Positions 56,412 through 64,000 of a DNA stretch of 64,000 nucleotides are shown one piece after another. The DNA comes from Planctomycetota bacterium (GTDB lineage: Bacteria > Planctomycetota > E44-bin39). The notes under the pieces are model-generated. The model ran no database searches. It had not been told where the DNA came from and saw nothing but the letters and a program-made list of their open reading frames with translations. Both the position numbers and the translations under genes were made by a program. Where the stretch lies: the NCBI GenBank assembly GCA_004376375.1, contig SOJX01000009.1:17570-81569 (forward strand). Direction: 5' to 3'. Position 1 is the stretch's first letter; each line of letters starts with the position of its first letter.

Positions 56412-57620
56412 CTATTGCTCCATGAAGGCAATAATTTCTTCGATCACTCTAATCTGATCAATCGAGTTCAAGCCAATAGAACAGGGAATGCTGACAGCCT
56501 TCCGCCAGATGCTCTCGGCAATAGGGCACTGTGTCTGATTGTGCAAGTCCGCATGCGCGGGACTCAGGTGTATCGGTTGCCACAAAGGGCGCGTCTGAAT
56601 GCCCCTCTCGTTCATCCTCTTAATCATATTCCGCGGAGATTTGCCGGGCTCTTCACTTTCAAGCAAGAAGGTGTACATCCAGAAGGTGCTCCCGGCCCAA
56701 TCCGCTTCCTTCATTATGCTGATGCCGTCTACATCCCGAAAAGCTTCATCATACTTACGGGCAATCTCTCTTTTTCCCGATACGTGCTCGTTCAGGATTT
56801 CAAGTTGGGCGCATCCAATGGCGGCCGACACGTTGCTTAATCTGTAGTTGTACCCTATCTCCCTGTGAATATATTCGAGCGGGTCGTCCTTGGCCTGCGT
56901 TGTCAGGTACCCGGCCTTTTTTGCCCATGCCTCATTGTCTGTGAGTATAGCGCCACCGCCGCCACAGGTGATAATTTTATTTCCATTAAAACTCAGGCAC
57001 GCGATACCGCCGAATAACCCAACGGGTTTCTCCCTGTAGCGTGCGCCAAGGCTCTCCGATGCATCGTCAATAACAGGCAGGTTAAATCGTCCGGCCAGTT
57101 CTGCGATGCGATCATGGTCGACCGGATGCCCGAGAATATCGACCGGCATCACCGCCTTAACGGTCCGTCCCGTAGACTTGTTCACGGTCTCACCGCTTCT
57201 GTTCTCGCATTGATTCTCCAGGAAATCCCTCAGGCTGTCCGGACCCATCTGCCAGTAATCCGGCTCGGCGTCGATGAAAACCGGCCATGCGCCGACATAC
57301 CTGATAGCGTTCACGGGAGCGATAAACGTAAGGTCACTGACCAGGACTTCGTCATCAGGTCTGATGCCGGCAACGAGTAGCGCAATATGCAGAGCAGCAG
57401 TACCGTTTATAGTAGCCACGGCATACTTGCGTCCGGCGTAATCCGCAAGCATGCTTTCAAATTTATCAACATACTGGCCGACGGACGAAACCCAGCCCGT
57501 ATCGAGACATTCTTTTACATATTTCCATTCGTTACCATGGATATATGGGACGGCAAGAGGAATGAAACCTTCCGGAGATGCTCCCGGTTCCAGGTTGGAG
57601 TGATTTACGAGTTGGCCCAT
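56412..57620 (-). CDS. DegT-family PLP-dependent aminotransferase (PseC/LegC-type candidate)
   Basis: 402 aa. LSFNGNKIITCGGGGAILTDN with Lys. Typical DegT N-terminal region. Confidence 0.8.
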   Translation of the reverse strand: MGQLVNHSNLEPGASPEGFIPLAVPYIHGNEWKYVKECLDTGWVSSVGQYVDKFESMLADYAGRKYAVATINGTAALHIALLVAGIRPDDEVLVSDLTFIAPVNAIRYVGAWPVFIDAEPDYWQMGPDSLRDFLENQCENRSGETVNKSTGRTVKAVMPVDILGHPVDHDRIAELAGRFNLPVIDDASESLGARYREKPVGLFGGIACLSFNGNKIITCGGGGAILTDNEAWAKKAGYLTTQAKDDPLEYIHREIGYNYRLSNVSAAIGCAQLEILNEHVSGKREIARKYDEAFRDVDGISIMKEADWAGSTFWMYTFLLESEEPGKSPRNMIKRMNERGIQTRPLWQPIHLSPAHADLHNQTQCPIAESIWRKAVSIPCSIGLNSIDQIRVIEEIIAFMEQ

Positions 57621-57625
57621 TTCAT

Positions 57626-58621
57626 TTACACCATGTACTTACCGGGATCATATAAGGAAATGTTGCTCTCGAACCATTTAATTGTCTTTTTGAGTCCGTC
57701 TTCAAAAGAGGTGCAAGGCTCCCACGAAAGAATTTTCTTAGCCTTGTCATTGGACGCGCAAAGCCGGTCAACTTCGCTCTTATCCGGCCTTGTCCGCTCG
57801 CCTTCGGAGATAATTTCAACCTTTTTACACATTATTGACGAAATCAATTCAGCCAGTTCCTTTATGGAAATTTCTTTGCCGGAACCCAGATTGATTACTT
57901 CACCGACTGCGTGATCGGCTTTTGCGGCGCAAAGGAAACCGCTGACCGTGTCATCAACGAATGTGAAATCCCGGGTCGGTTCGAGATTCCCCAGTTTCAC
58001 GATCTTACCGTTTCTGCACTGCGTAATAATTGTCGGGATAATGGCTCTTGCGGACTGGCGCGGCCCATACGTATTAAATGGTCGAACAGTAACCACGTTC
58101 AATCCGAAAGACCGGTAGAAGGATTCAGCCAGCTTATCGGCCCCTATCTTGGATGCAGAGTAAGGGCTTTGCCCCTTCAGAGGGTGCTTCTCATCAATTG
58201 GGATATACTCCGCAGTCCCGTATGTCTCGCTGGTGGAGGTGTGGATCAGACGCCCGACTCCCGCCGACAATGCCGCCTGCATAACATTCAACGTGCCTTC
58301 TATATTGGTTCTAATATAGGAAATCGGTGCATGGTATGAATAGGGTATTCCGATCAATGCGGCAAGATGGAATACTATATCCACACCATCCGCAGCTTTC
58401 AGCATGCAATCCGGATCGCAGATATCACCATGAATAATCTGTAATTCACTTTTTGTATCAGAAAAATCCAGCCAGCCGCAGCGGCCCATTGAATTATAGT
58501 GAAACAGAGCGCGGGTTTCTGCTCCGCACTCAACCAGCGCCTCAGCAAGATGGCTTCCAACAAAACCACCGGCGCCGGTTACGAGAACTTTCTTCCCGTC
58601 GAAATTGGGCCCGTCAGCCAT
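57626..58621 (-). CDS. NAD-dependent sugar-nucleotide 4,6-dehydratase/epimerase (extended SDR; PseB/LegB-size)
   Basis: 331 aa. VLVTGAGGFVGSHL Rossmann motif and YSASK catalytic YxxxK. Confidence 0.8.
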   Translation of the reverse strand: MADGPNFDGKKVLVTGAGGFVGSHLAEALVECGAETRALFHYNSMGRCGWLDFSDTKSELQIIHGDICDPDCMLKAADGVDIVFHLAALIGIPYSYHAPISYIRTNIEGTLNVMQAALSAGVGRLIHTSTSETYGTAEYIPIDEKHPLKGQSPYSASKIGADKLAESFYRSFGLNVVTVRPFNTYGPRQSARAIIPTIITQCRNGKIVKLGNLEPTRDFTFVDDTVSGFLCAAKADHAVGEVINLGSGKEISIKELAELISSIMCKKVEIISEGERTRPDKSEVDRLCASNDKAKKILSWEPCTSFEDGLKKTIKWFESNISLYDPGKYMV

Positions 58622-58705
58622 TTCTAGCCCCTTAGTCTGCTATTGCATCTCTAATTATCGGGTACGCTACGACAACAGGTTCAATAGATTATCGTTACCA
58701 TGCGA

Positions 58706-59767
58706 TTAACCGTCATTAAAATCATCCTGTGCGCGCCTGTAATCTTCAAACCCGCCAATATCAAGCCAGTACTCATATATGGGAAAGTTAATTACATTCT
58801 TTCCATCGTTTACCAGCCGCTGAATCAGGTCCGGCATATCGTGAGGCTCACCCGCAGGTACGTAACTACAGACCGCAGGATTCAACAGATAGATGCCGGC
58901 CAATATGAAATGATGGATCTCCGGTTTCTCTCTAACGCTCGAAATCTTCATGCCATCCGTATCCACAACACCGAAGGGCATTTTGAAATCGTACCCCCGC
59001 GTTGCCACGGTCATATCCGCATTGTGCTTGCGGTGAAAACCAAGCATCGCGGAGAAGTCAACATTCGTAACTATATCGCCGTTAATAACGAGTATCGGCT
59101 CAGTAGATGAATCTATCAGACCCAGAGCCCCGGCTGTTCCCAGGGGTTTGGTCTCTTCGACGTACTGAATACTGACACCGAACTCCTCGCCGTCGCCGAA
59201 ATGTTCCTTGATTTTTTCTTTAAGGTAATGGGTAGCGATATTTATCTGTTGAATTCCGGAATGGCGAAGATTTTCAACAGTCTTCTCCAGGAGCGGGCTA
59301 ACACCTACAGGCAACATCGGCTTGGGCATATCTTCGGTCAGGGGCCGCAGACGCGTGCCCTTTCCGCCTGCCATTATCATTGCACGAAGATTAAGTGACT
59401 CTTCCGAGATCAGGTCCTTGCGAAGAATAAGATCAATAACACGGTTTTCCTCATCGACAACGGGAAGATGGTTTACAGGGAAACTTTTCCCCGTGTCCAT
59501 CAGATGTAGGGCCTGCATTTCCGATAGACCTTTTTTCGCAAAGAGAAGCTTTTTATTTGCGATATCAATGCACGGCTTGTCGAACGACACTCGATTGATT
59601 ATTGCCCGGCGAATATCGCCATCGGTCATTAATGCAAGGAGCTTCCGGTCTCCATCACAAATCAAGAGAACCCCAAGCCCCGCATCATTGAGAACCGGGA
59701 CAGCATCCTGGATCGTGGTGGCCGGACTTATAATGGTTTTTTTAAGGCGGCCCTCAATTTCGTACAT
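58706..59767 (-). CDS. sugar-phosphate nucleotidyltransferase with N-terminal CBS pair (PtmE-like)
   Basis: 353 aa. CBS-like repeats, then MIMAGGKGTRLRPLTEDMPKPMLPV nucleotidyltransferase G-x-G-T-R motif. Confidence 0.75.
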   Translation of the reverse strand: MYEIEGRLKKTIISPATTIQDAVPVLNDAGLGVLLICDGDRKLLALMTDGDIRRAIINRVSFDKPCIDIANKKLLFAKKGLSEMQALHLMDTGKSFPVNHLPVVDEENRVIDLILRKDLISEESLNLRAMIMAGGKGTRLRPLTEDMPKPMLPVGVSPLLEKTVENLRHSGIQQINIATHYLKEKIKEHFGDGEEFGVSIQYVEETKPLGTAGALGLIDSSTEPILVINGDIVTNVDFSAMLGFHRKHNADMTVATRGYDFKMPFGVVDTDGMKISSVREKPEIHHFILAGIYLLNPAVCSYVPAGEPHDMPDLIQRLVNDGKNVINFPIYEYWLDIGGFEDYRRAQDDFNDG

Positions 59768-59796
59768 GGCTGCAGGCTCTTTCCATTTCTCGTCCC

Positions 59797-60432
59797 TTAA
59801 TCCACAACTCCCGCGGGAACTCCAACAACGGTCGCTCCGGGTGAAACATCTTTCGTTACGACTGCGCCTGCGCCAACGACGGCACCATCGGCAATCTTTC
59901 TGTAATTAAGTATTGTTGCTCCAGTGCCAATCAGGCATTCGTTTTCAATTTCAACTCCACCGGAGATATTTAATCCCGGGTTGAGTACATTGTAGTTGCC
60001 GATTCTGACATCATGGCCGTAAGTGCAATTCAGATTAAATATATTGAACGAACCTATTTCTATGTCAGTCGTAAATATGTTGCCGGCACATATAATATTG
60101 CCTTTTCCCATGCTGAATCTGTCCACGTCCATTATTGTATCGGGATGAATCAGATTCGGAAACATTAAATTGTCGTTTTGCTCAAAGCCTTTTATAATTC
60201 TGGAAATTAATTGAGGGTTGCCGATGCCCATCGCAACGGAAACCTGCATATCACGTAGTTCGTCATCAGTGCAATACACCGTATATTTACCTATTTCATT
60301 TCCGGTTTCTTTACCTGTGCTTTCGCAGAAACCCAAAATGCTCCATTTGTTTTGAGTTTTATTGATTTCCTCTATCAGGAAACAGACTTCTCTCGCAAAT
60401 CCTCCGGCACCTATTATGACGATGTCTTTCAT
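59797..60432 (-). CDS. NeuD/PglD-family hexapeptide-repeat sugar N-acetyltransferase
   Basis: 211 aa. N-terminal IVIIGAGGFAREV and C-terminal left-handed beta-helix repeats. Confidence 0.75.
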   Translation of the reverse strand: MKDIVIIGAGGFAREVCFLIEEINKTQNKWSILGFCESTGKETGNEIGKYTVYCTDDELRDMQVSVAMGIGNPQLISRIIKGFEQNDNLMFPNLIHPDTIMDVDRFSMGKGNIICAGNIFTTDIEIGSFNIFNLNCTYGHDVRIGNYNVLNPGLNISGGVEIENECLIGTGATILNYRKIADGAVVGAGAVVTKDVSPGATVVGVPAGVVD

Positions 60433-60433
60433 T

Positions 60434-61132
60434 CTACTTGCTTATTTCTCTAAGAAGGATAAAGGCTTCAGCATACTTACAGTTTATTGTCGCGCCTCGA
60501 TAGCGGGCCAGAGCCTTGATACCGGATTCCGATCTCGGCATCGGCTCTGGCTGGACTTCGGTCTGGTACATCCGAAACAGTTCGATTTTTCTATCAATCG
60601 TTGTGCTGATGTCTTCAAACACATTTGGCGTAAAGGTTGTTTCCCTAAATTGAAAAGATGCTTCTGTTTCTGATAACGTTTCATAAGCCAAAATCTTTCT
60701 TATGCCATATCGGCTCATATAGAAGGATTTGAAAGCCGAAGCAGACGCCTCCGCAACCAAGCGGTGATCCGAGTGAACGTCATGGGCCCAGGGAATAAAT
60801 ACGATTTCCGGCTTGACCTCATCAGCAATACTGCTGAATGCTTCAATCGGCGTCGTAATCGGTGTTTCTTCGAGCCGAGTAGTTGGATATTTTAACCAGT
60901 GTAGCTTTTTAAAAGGATAAGCTTCTTTCACCTGTTTAACCTGGGTTTCTTGCGTTCTTATTGCATCTGTTGAATACTCATTCTCATCGCAAGCTGTAAC
61001 CAGCAGCCAGTGAAGCTTCACGCCCTGCGATGCATACTTCAGTAGTGTACCTCCGCAGCCAAGCGTTTCGTCGTCCGGATGTGGGGAAATAACCAAGATG
61101 TTCCCTGTCTGGCCCTCGTATTCAATAGACAT
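60434..61132 (-). CDS. PIG-L/LmbE-family N-acetylglucosaminyl deacetylase
   Basis: 232 aa. LVISPHPDDETLGCGGTLLKY matches the HPDDE signature. Confidence 0.75.
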   Translation of the reverse strand: MSIEYEGQTGNILVISPHPDDETLGCGGTLLKYASQGVKLHWLLVTACDENEYSTDAIRTQETQVKQVKEAYPFKKLHWLKYPTTRLEETPITTPIEAFSSIADEVKPEIVFIPWAHDVHSDHRLVAEASASAFKSFYMSRYGIRKILAYETLSETEASFQFRETTFTPNVFEDISTTIDRKIELFRMYQTEVQPEPMPRSESGIKALARYRGATINCKYAEAFILLREISK

Positions 61133-62147
61133 CAGAGTCTCCCATAGTTAGATGCCAGTTCTTGAAGTTGTATATTTCTGACCCGTCCGGTTTTGATTGC
61201 AGAATCCTTCCACCAAAATACGTGATTGGCTCGCCGTTATAGAAGCCGAATCCTTCCAGTTTGCGATATAGAGGAGTCGTGAAGTTAAGCCACATGTTAA
61301 TGGCCTCGGCTTTCCTGGCTGTTGCCCACTTGGCCACACCACAAACCAGGTCAAAGCCGACCGCATCGTCCATACTCAGAATGTCTACTAAATCTATATC
61401 GTTCAGGTAGTGTTTGCAGATAGCATAACCCAACAATAGGTCGTCTGTTACATGGCCGAATAAAGTATATTCATGCATAGGATTCCTCTCGTAACGCCAG
61501 TTCAGATAAGACATGTCCCGTTTTGCAAGAATTCGATATTTACCTTTTGCCTGACTCCACAGCAGGTCAAATCTTGCGTCAACGTTTGCCAGTTCTATTA
61601 GATTATTGGTCGGTTCAGGAAAAGGTCTGCCTTCAGTCAAGAGCTTTCGGAAATTAGGTACCAGATGTATATCTTCCCATTCAAGGTCACGGACTATTCG
61701 TCGATGTGAAAAGGTGTTATTTGGAAAACCCCAAACCATGGCCATGCCTTCGCTGGCCATCCGAGCATAAGTGCGTTCTGCTAAAGTCGGAAACAATGCT
61801 CGTCTCCGGTAGTCTGGATGTGTCATTGTGGTCCCAGAAAGCCCCGTGGTATACTCCATCCCTTGCACAGATAAGATGACCGGCGAAACAGAATAATGAC
61901 TGGCCAATACATCGTTGTCCCACGCCATGTCGATTATAGCCTTACGAGTTGGATTACCCATAAATCGCCACTGCCAGTAATCCATAGACATCTGTTTACC
62001 GAAAGTATCTTCGAAAAGTTTCAAAATTGCATATTCATCACCTTGCTTATAGCTTTTGATTGCCAGATTCTCTGACACACCATTACTCCTTAAGCAGCGA
62101 TGCTTCAATAGCCCGAATAATTCGTTTTGCGCCGCCCCCATCAACAA
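61122..62147 (-). CDS. hypothetical protein (possible acyltransferase-fold); start may be internal
   Basis: 341-aa ORF overlapping the upstream gene by 65 nt. No confident motif. Confidence 0.35.
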   Translation of the reverse strand: MLMGAAQNELFGLLKHRCLRSNGVSENLAIKSYKQGDEYAILKLFEDTFGKQMSMDYWQWRFMGNPTRKAIIDMAWDNDVLASHYSVSPVILSVQGMEYTTGLSGTTMTHPDYRRRALFPTLAERTYARMASEGMAMVWGFPNNTFSHRRIVRDLEWEDIHLVPNFRKLLTEGRPFPEPTNNLIELANVDARFDLLWSQAKGKYRILAKRDMSYLNWRYERNPMHEYTLFGHVTDDLLLGYAICKHYLNDIDLVDILSMDDAVGFDLVCGVAKWATARKAEAINMWLNFTTPLYRKLEGFGFYNGEPITYFGGRILQSKPDGSEIYNFKNWHLTMGDSDVY

Positions 62148-63201
62148 GTTTCTTACCTTGCCGCCCCATCTGTTTGCGGCGGGCTACATCATCAACAAGG
62201 CTGCAAACTGCCCGACGAAGTTGATTCTCACTAACCTTCCTTCCTGATCCCATATTAACTGCCGTGCCGTTTTCCTCAAAATAAACGGCATATTCATGTT
62301 GTCTTTCGCGCAGGCACAACACGACACACGGCGTTCCTATGGCGGCTAATTCAAACAAGGTATTACCACCCGCTGTAATGGCCAAGTCAGTATCAAACAG
62401 GTATTCTGCCACGCTGGGCACCGCTTGATGCACCGTAACCCCTAATTCATTTAACTTGGTGGCAACATCTTCAGGCCTGTCTACTGCCGGTCCCAAGATT
62501 GCGAAAAGGTTAATATCATCGAGTTTTTGCAGCGCACGAGCCGTTTTTATCGAGCAACCAAACAGGTCCGAACCGCCGAACATCATTAACACTTGAATAT
62601 TTATCTGCCTATGACTTTTCTCCTTCGTAATATAGGGAATAAAGTCACGACCCACCAGGAAAAAGTCAGGTCCAAGTAGAAACTTAGTCTCGTTCACGGT
62701 TGCATAATCGGCGGATCGCTGATGGTGATGGCAATTAATAACGATATTGGGGCGTATTTCAATAGGAGTACCCTGGTCAGAGAAAGATATGACGGGAAAT
62801 CCCCAGGATCGAACCTCTGCAATGTAACGCACCGCAACGTCGGCAGAGAAATGTTCGGCCAGCAAGTCAGTATCAGACTCATCTGGTACGACCAAGTCCG
62901 TGACTACCCATCGGGCGGCAAGGTTATTGAGTAATCGGCGGGTAATACTCATATCTTCACGCTCGGCGTCAATTGCTGCCGAAACCACATGTGTTTCAAA
63001 GCCGTGTGCTTTAATGAAATCTGCTGCTCCATGCATCGCGCTATGTTGTAAATGTAAAAAATGTGGGGTAACGTCGAAATGTAACGCCATCTCTTCAGCT
63101 AGATTAACGCAACGGGAGAGATGGCCCATCCCAACCATTGGACCTGCGTCAACGCGAAAACCTATTGATTTACGTGTCATGGCTGTAAAAATGTTTCTCA
63201 A
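62083..63201 (-). CDS. PseG-like UDP-sugar hydrolase / GT28-fold protein (nonulosonic acid pathway)
   Basis: 372 aa. N-terminal IGFRVDAGPMVGMGHLSRCVNLAEEM resembles the PseG pattern RaDgs..iGmGH..R.l.LA. Confidence 0.5.
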   Translation of the reverse strand: MRNIFTAMTRKSIGFRVDAGPMVGMGHLSRCVNLAEEMALHFDVTPHFLHLQHSAMHGAADFIKAHGFETHVVSAAIDAEREDMSITRRLLNNLAARWVVTDLVVPDESDTDLLAEHFSADVAVRYIAEVRSWGFPVISFSDQGTPIEIRPNIVINCHHHQRSADYATVNETKFLLGPDFFLVGRDFIPYITKEKSHRQINIQVLMMFGGSDLFGCSIKTARALQKLDDINLFAILGPAVDRPEDVATKLNELGVTVHQAVPSVAEYLFDTDLAITAGGNTLFELAAIGTPCVVLCLRERQHEYAVYFEENGTAVNMGSGRKVSENQLRRAVCSLVDDVARRKQMGRQGKKLVDGGGAKRIIRAIEASLLKE

Positions 63202-64000
63202 GACTCAGCAATTCATCAACCTTGATATCTCGTTTAGCACAGCGTCCGATAACCAGCTTCAAGTCCGCAGGTGAGATGCCGGTTCCCGGTCGTTTGAAAG
63301 ATAGCATTTCCTGTGTAACAATTATGCCTGCCGGGATTCGTTGCTTTCCCACAATACTACGGCGCATGGCGCTTTTGCTCTCCAGCTCGGGCTTCATTGG
63401 AGTTTTTCGACCGGTTCCCAGAGCCTTTTCAACGTCTCGGATAGCATGTATTAATTCTACCAAATGAGCCGGATCAATCGAGCAAGAATGGTCCGGGCCA
63501 ACCATAGCCCTGTCGAGTGTGAAATGTTTCTCGATAACGCATGCGCCACGCGCCACTGCCGCAACTGCAATCGTATTTCCAATCGAATGATCCGAGAACC
63601 CCACAGGCAAGTTAAAAGCCACACGCATTGTATCGATTGCCCGTAGGTTGGCATACTGCGATTCAAGTGGATACAGAGACACGCAATGCATTAAAACAAT
63701 ATCATTTCCACCTGCACCATAAATTGCATCCAGGGCTCGATCAACTTCCGCCAATGTACTCATCCCTGTTGATAGCAATATAGGTAACTGCTTACCTGCA
63801 ACATGCTTCAGCAAAGGAATGTTGTCAAGGTCACCAGACGCGATTTTATATGCTGAAACGCCTATTTCTTCCAAAAAATCTACTTCTTCAGGAGTGCAGG
63901 CAGTTGAAAGAAAATGAATGTTCATCTCTTTGCACTCATTCTGTAAAATATAATGATCCTCCGGGCTTAATGCAACGCGATCAGCAAAACTGTACAAATC
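63170..64000 (-). CDS. NeuB-family nonulosonic acid synthase (PseI/LegI/NeuB-like), N-terminus outside window
   Basis: Partial ORF. TIM-barrel region GFSDHSIGNTIAVAAVARGACVIEKHFTLDR and C-terminal SAF-like domain RRSIVGKQRIPAGIIVTQEMLSFKRPGTG. Confidence 0.75.
   Translation of the reverse strand, partial: DLYSFADRVALSPEDHYILQNECKEMNIHFLSTACTPEEVDFLEEIGVSAYKIASGDLDNIPLLKHVAGKQLPILLSTGMSTLAEVDRALDAIYGAGGNDIVLMHCVSLYPLESQYANLRAIDTMRVAFNLPVGFSDHSIGNTIAVAAVARGACVIEKHFTLDRAMVGPDHSCSIDPAHLVELIHAIRDVEKALGTGRKTPMKPELESKSAMRRSIVGKQRIPAGIIVTQEMLSFKRPGTGISPADLKLVIGRCAKRDIKVDELLSLEKHFYSHDT

Noticed and set aside
1-64000. tRNA, rRNA, integrase or transposase genes that could explain island mobility
   Set aside because: Scanned intergenic regions and ORF translations. 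No cloverleaf-like conserved tRNA segments, no DDE or tyrosine recombinase motifs recognised. Absence is stated, not proof.

Overview
The window appears to be a mosaic bacterial accessory region with alternating GC content, roughly 55% / 41% / 62% / 40% / 58% / 45% by eye. This suggests several horizontally acquired modules. From the start: (1) a type I restriction R subunit (hsdR) with no hsdM/hsdS in view, followed by a separate HNH-nuclease protein. (2) A low-GC three-gene operon: membrane-anchored TerB-repeat protein, BrxD-like P-loop ATPase, Lhr-like DEAH helicase. (3) A high-GC five-gene minus-strand operon: three unknowns, a 1852-aa DUF1998-type SF2 helicase and a Cas4/RecB-family Fe-S nuclease. 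It is headed by an excisionase-type HTH gene and resembles Druantia type I in order and sizes. (4) A Lys/Ala-rich histone-H1-like gene. (5) A low-GC three-gene cassette of two membrane proteins plus a PD-(D/E)xK-fold protein. (6) A cassette of tandem Mor-like activators plus three unknown genes. (7) A sigma-54 regulon: a 1777-aa Ser/Thr-kinase / STAND / TPR / GAF / sigma-54 AAA+ / Fis-HTH fusion next to a good -24/-12 promoter with tandem palindromic UAS sites. That promoter drives a STAS gene and a transglutaminase-like lipoprotein. (8) A lower-GC cell-surface glycan locus from about 41.5 kb to the window end. It has duplicated GT-like genes with homogenised 3' ends, a Tyl1a/TylB/TylM1-like 3-dimethylamino-3,6-dideoxyhexose cassette, glycosyltransferases, Wzm/Wzt ABC export and a pseudaminic/legionaminic-type nonulosonic acid pathway. 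No rRNA, tRNA, CRISPR array, transposase or integrase was recognised. All assignments are from motif reading by eye; none is confirmed by a database search.
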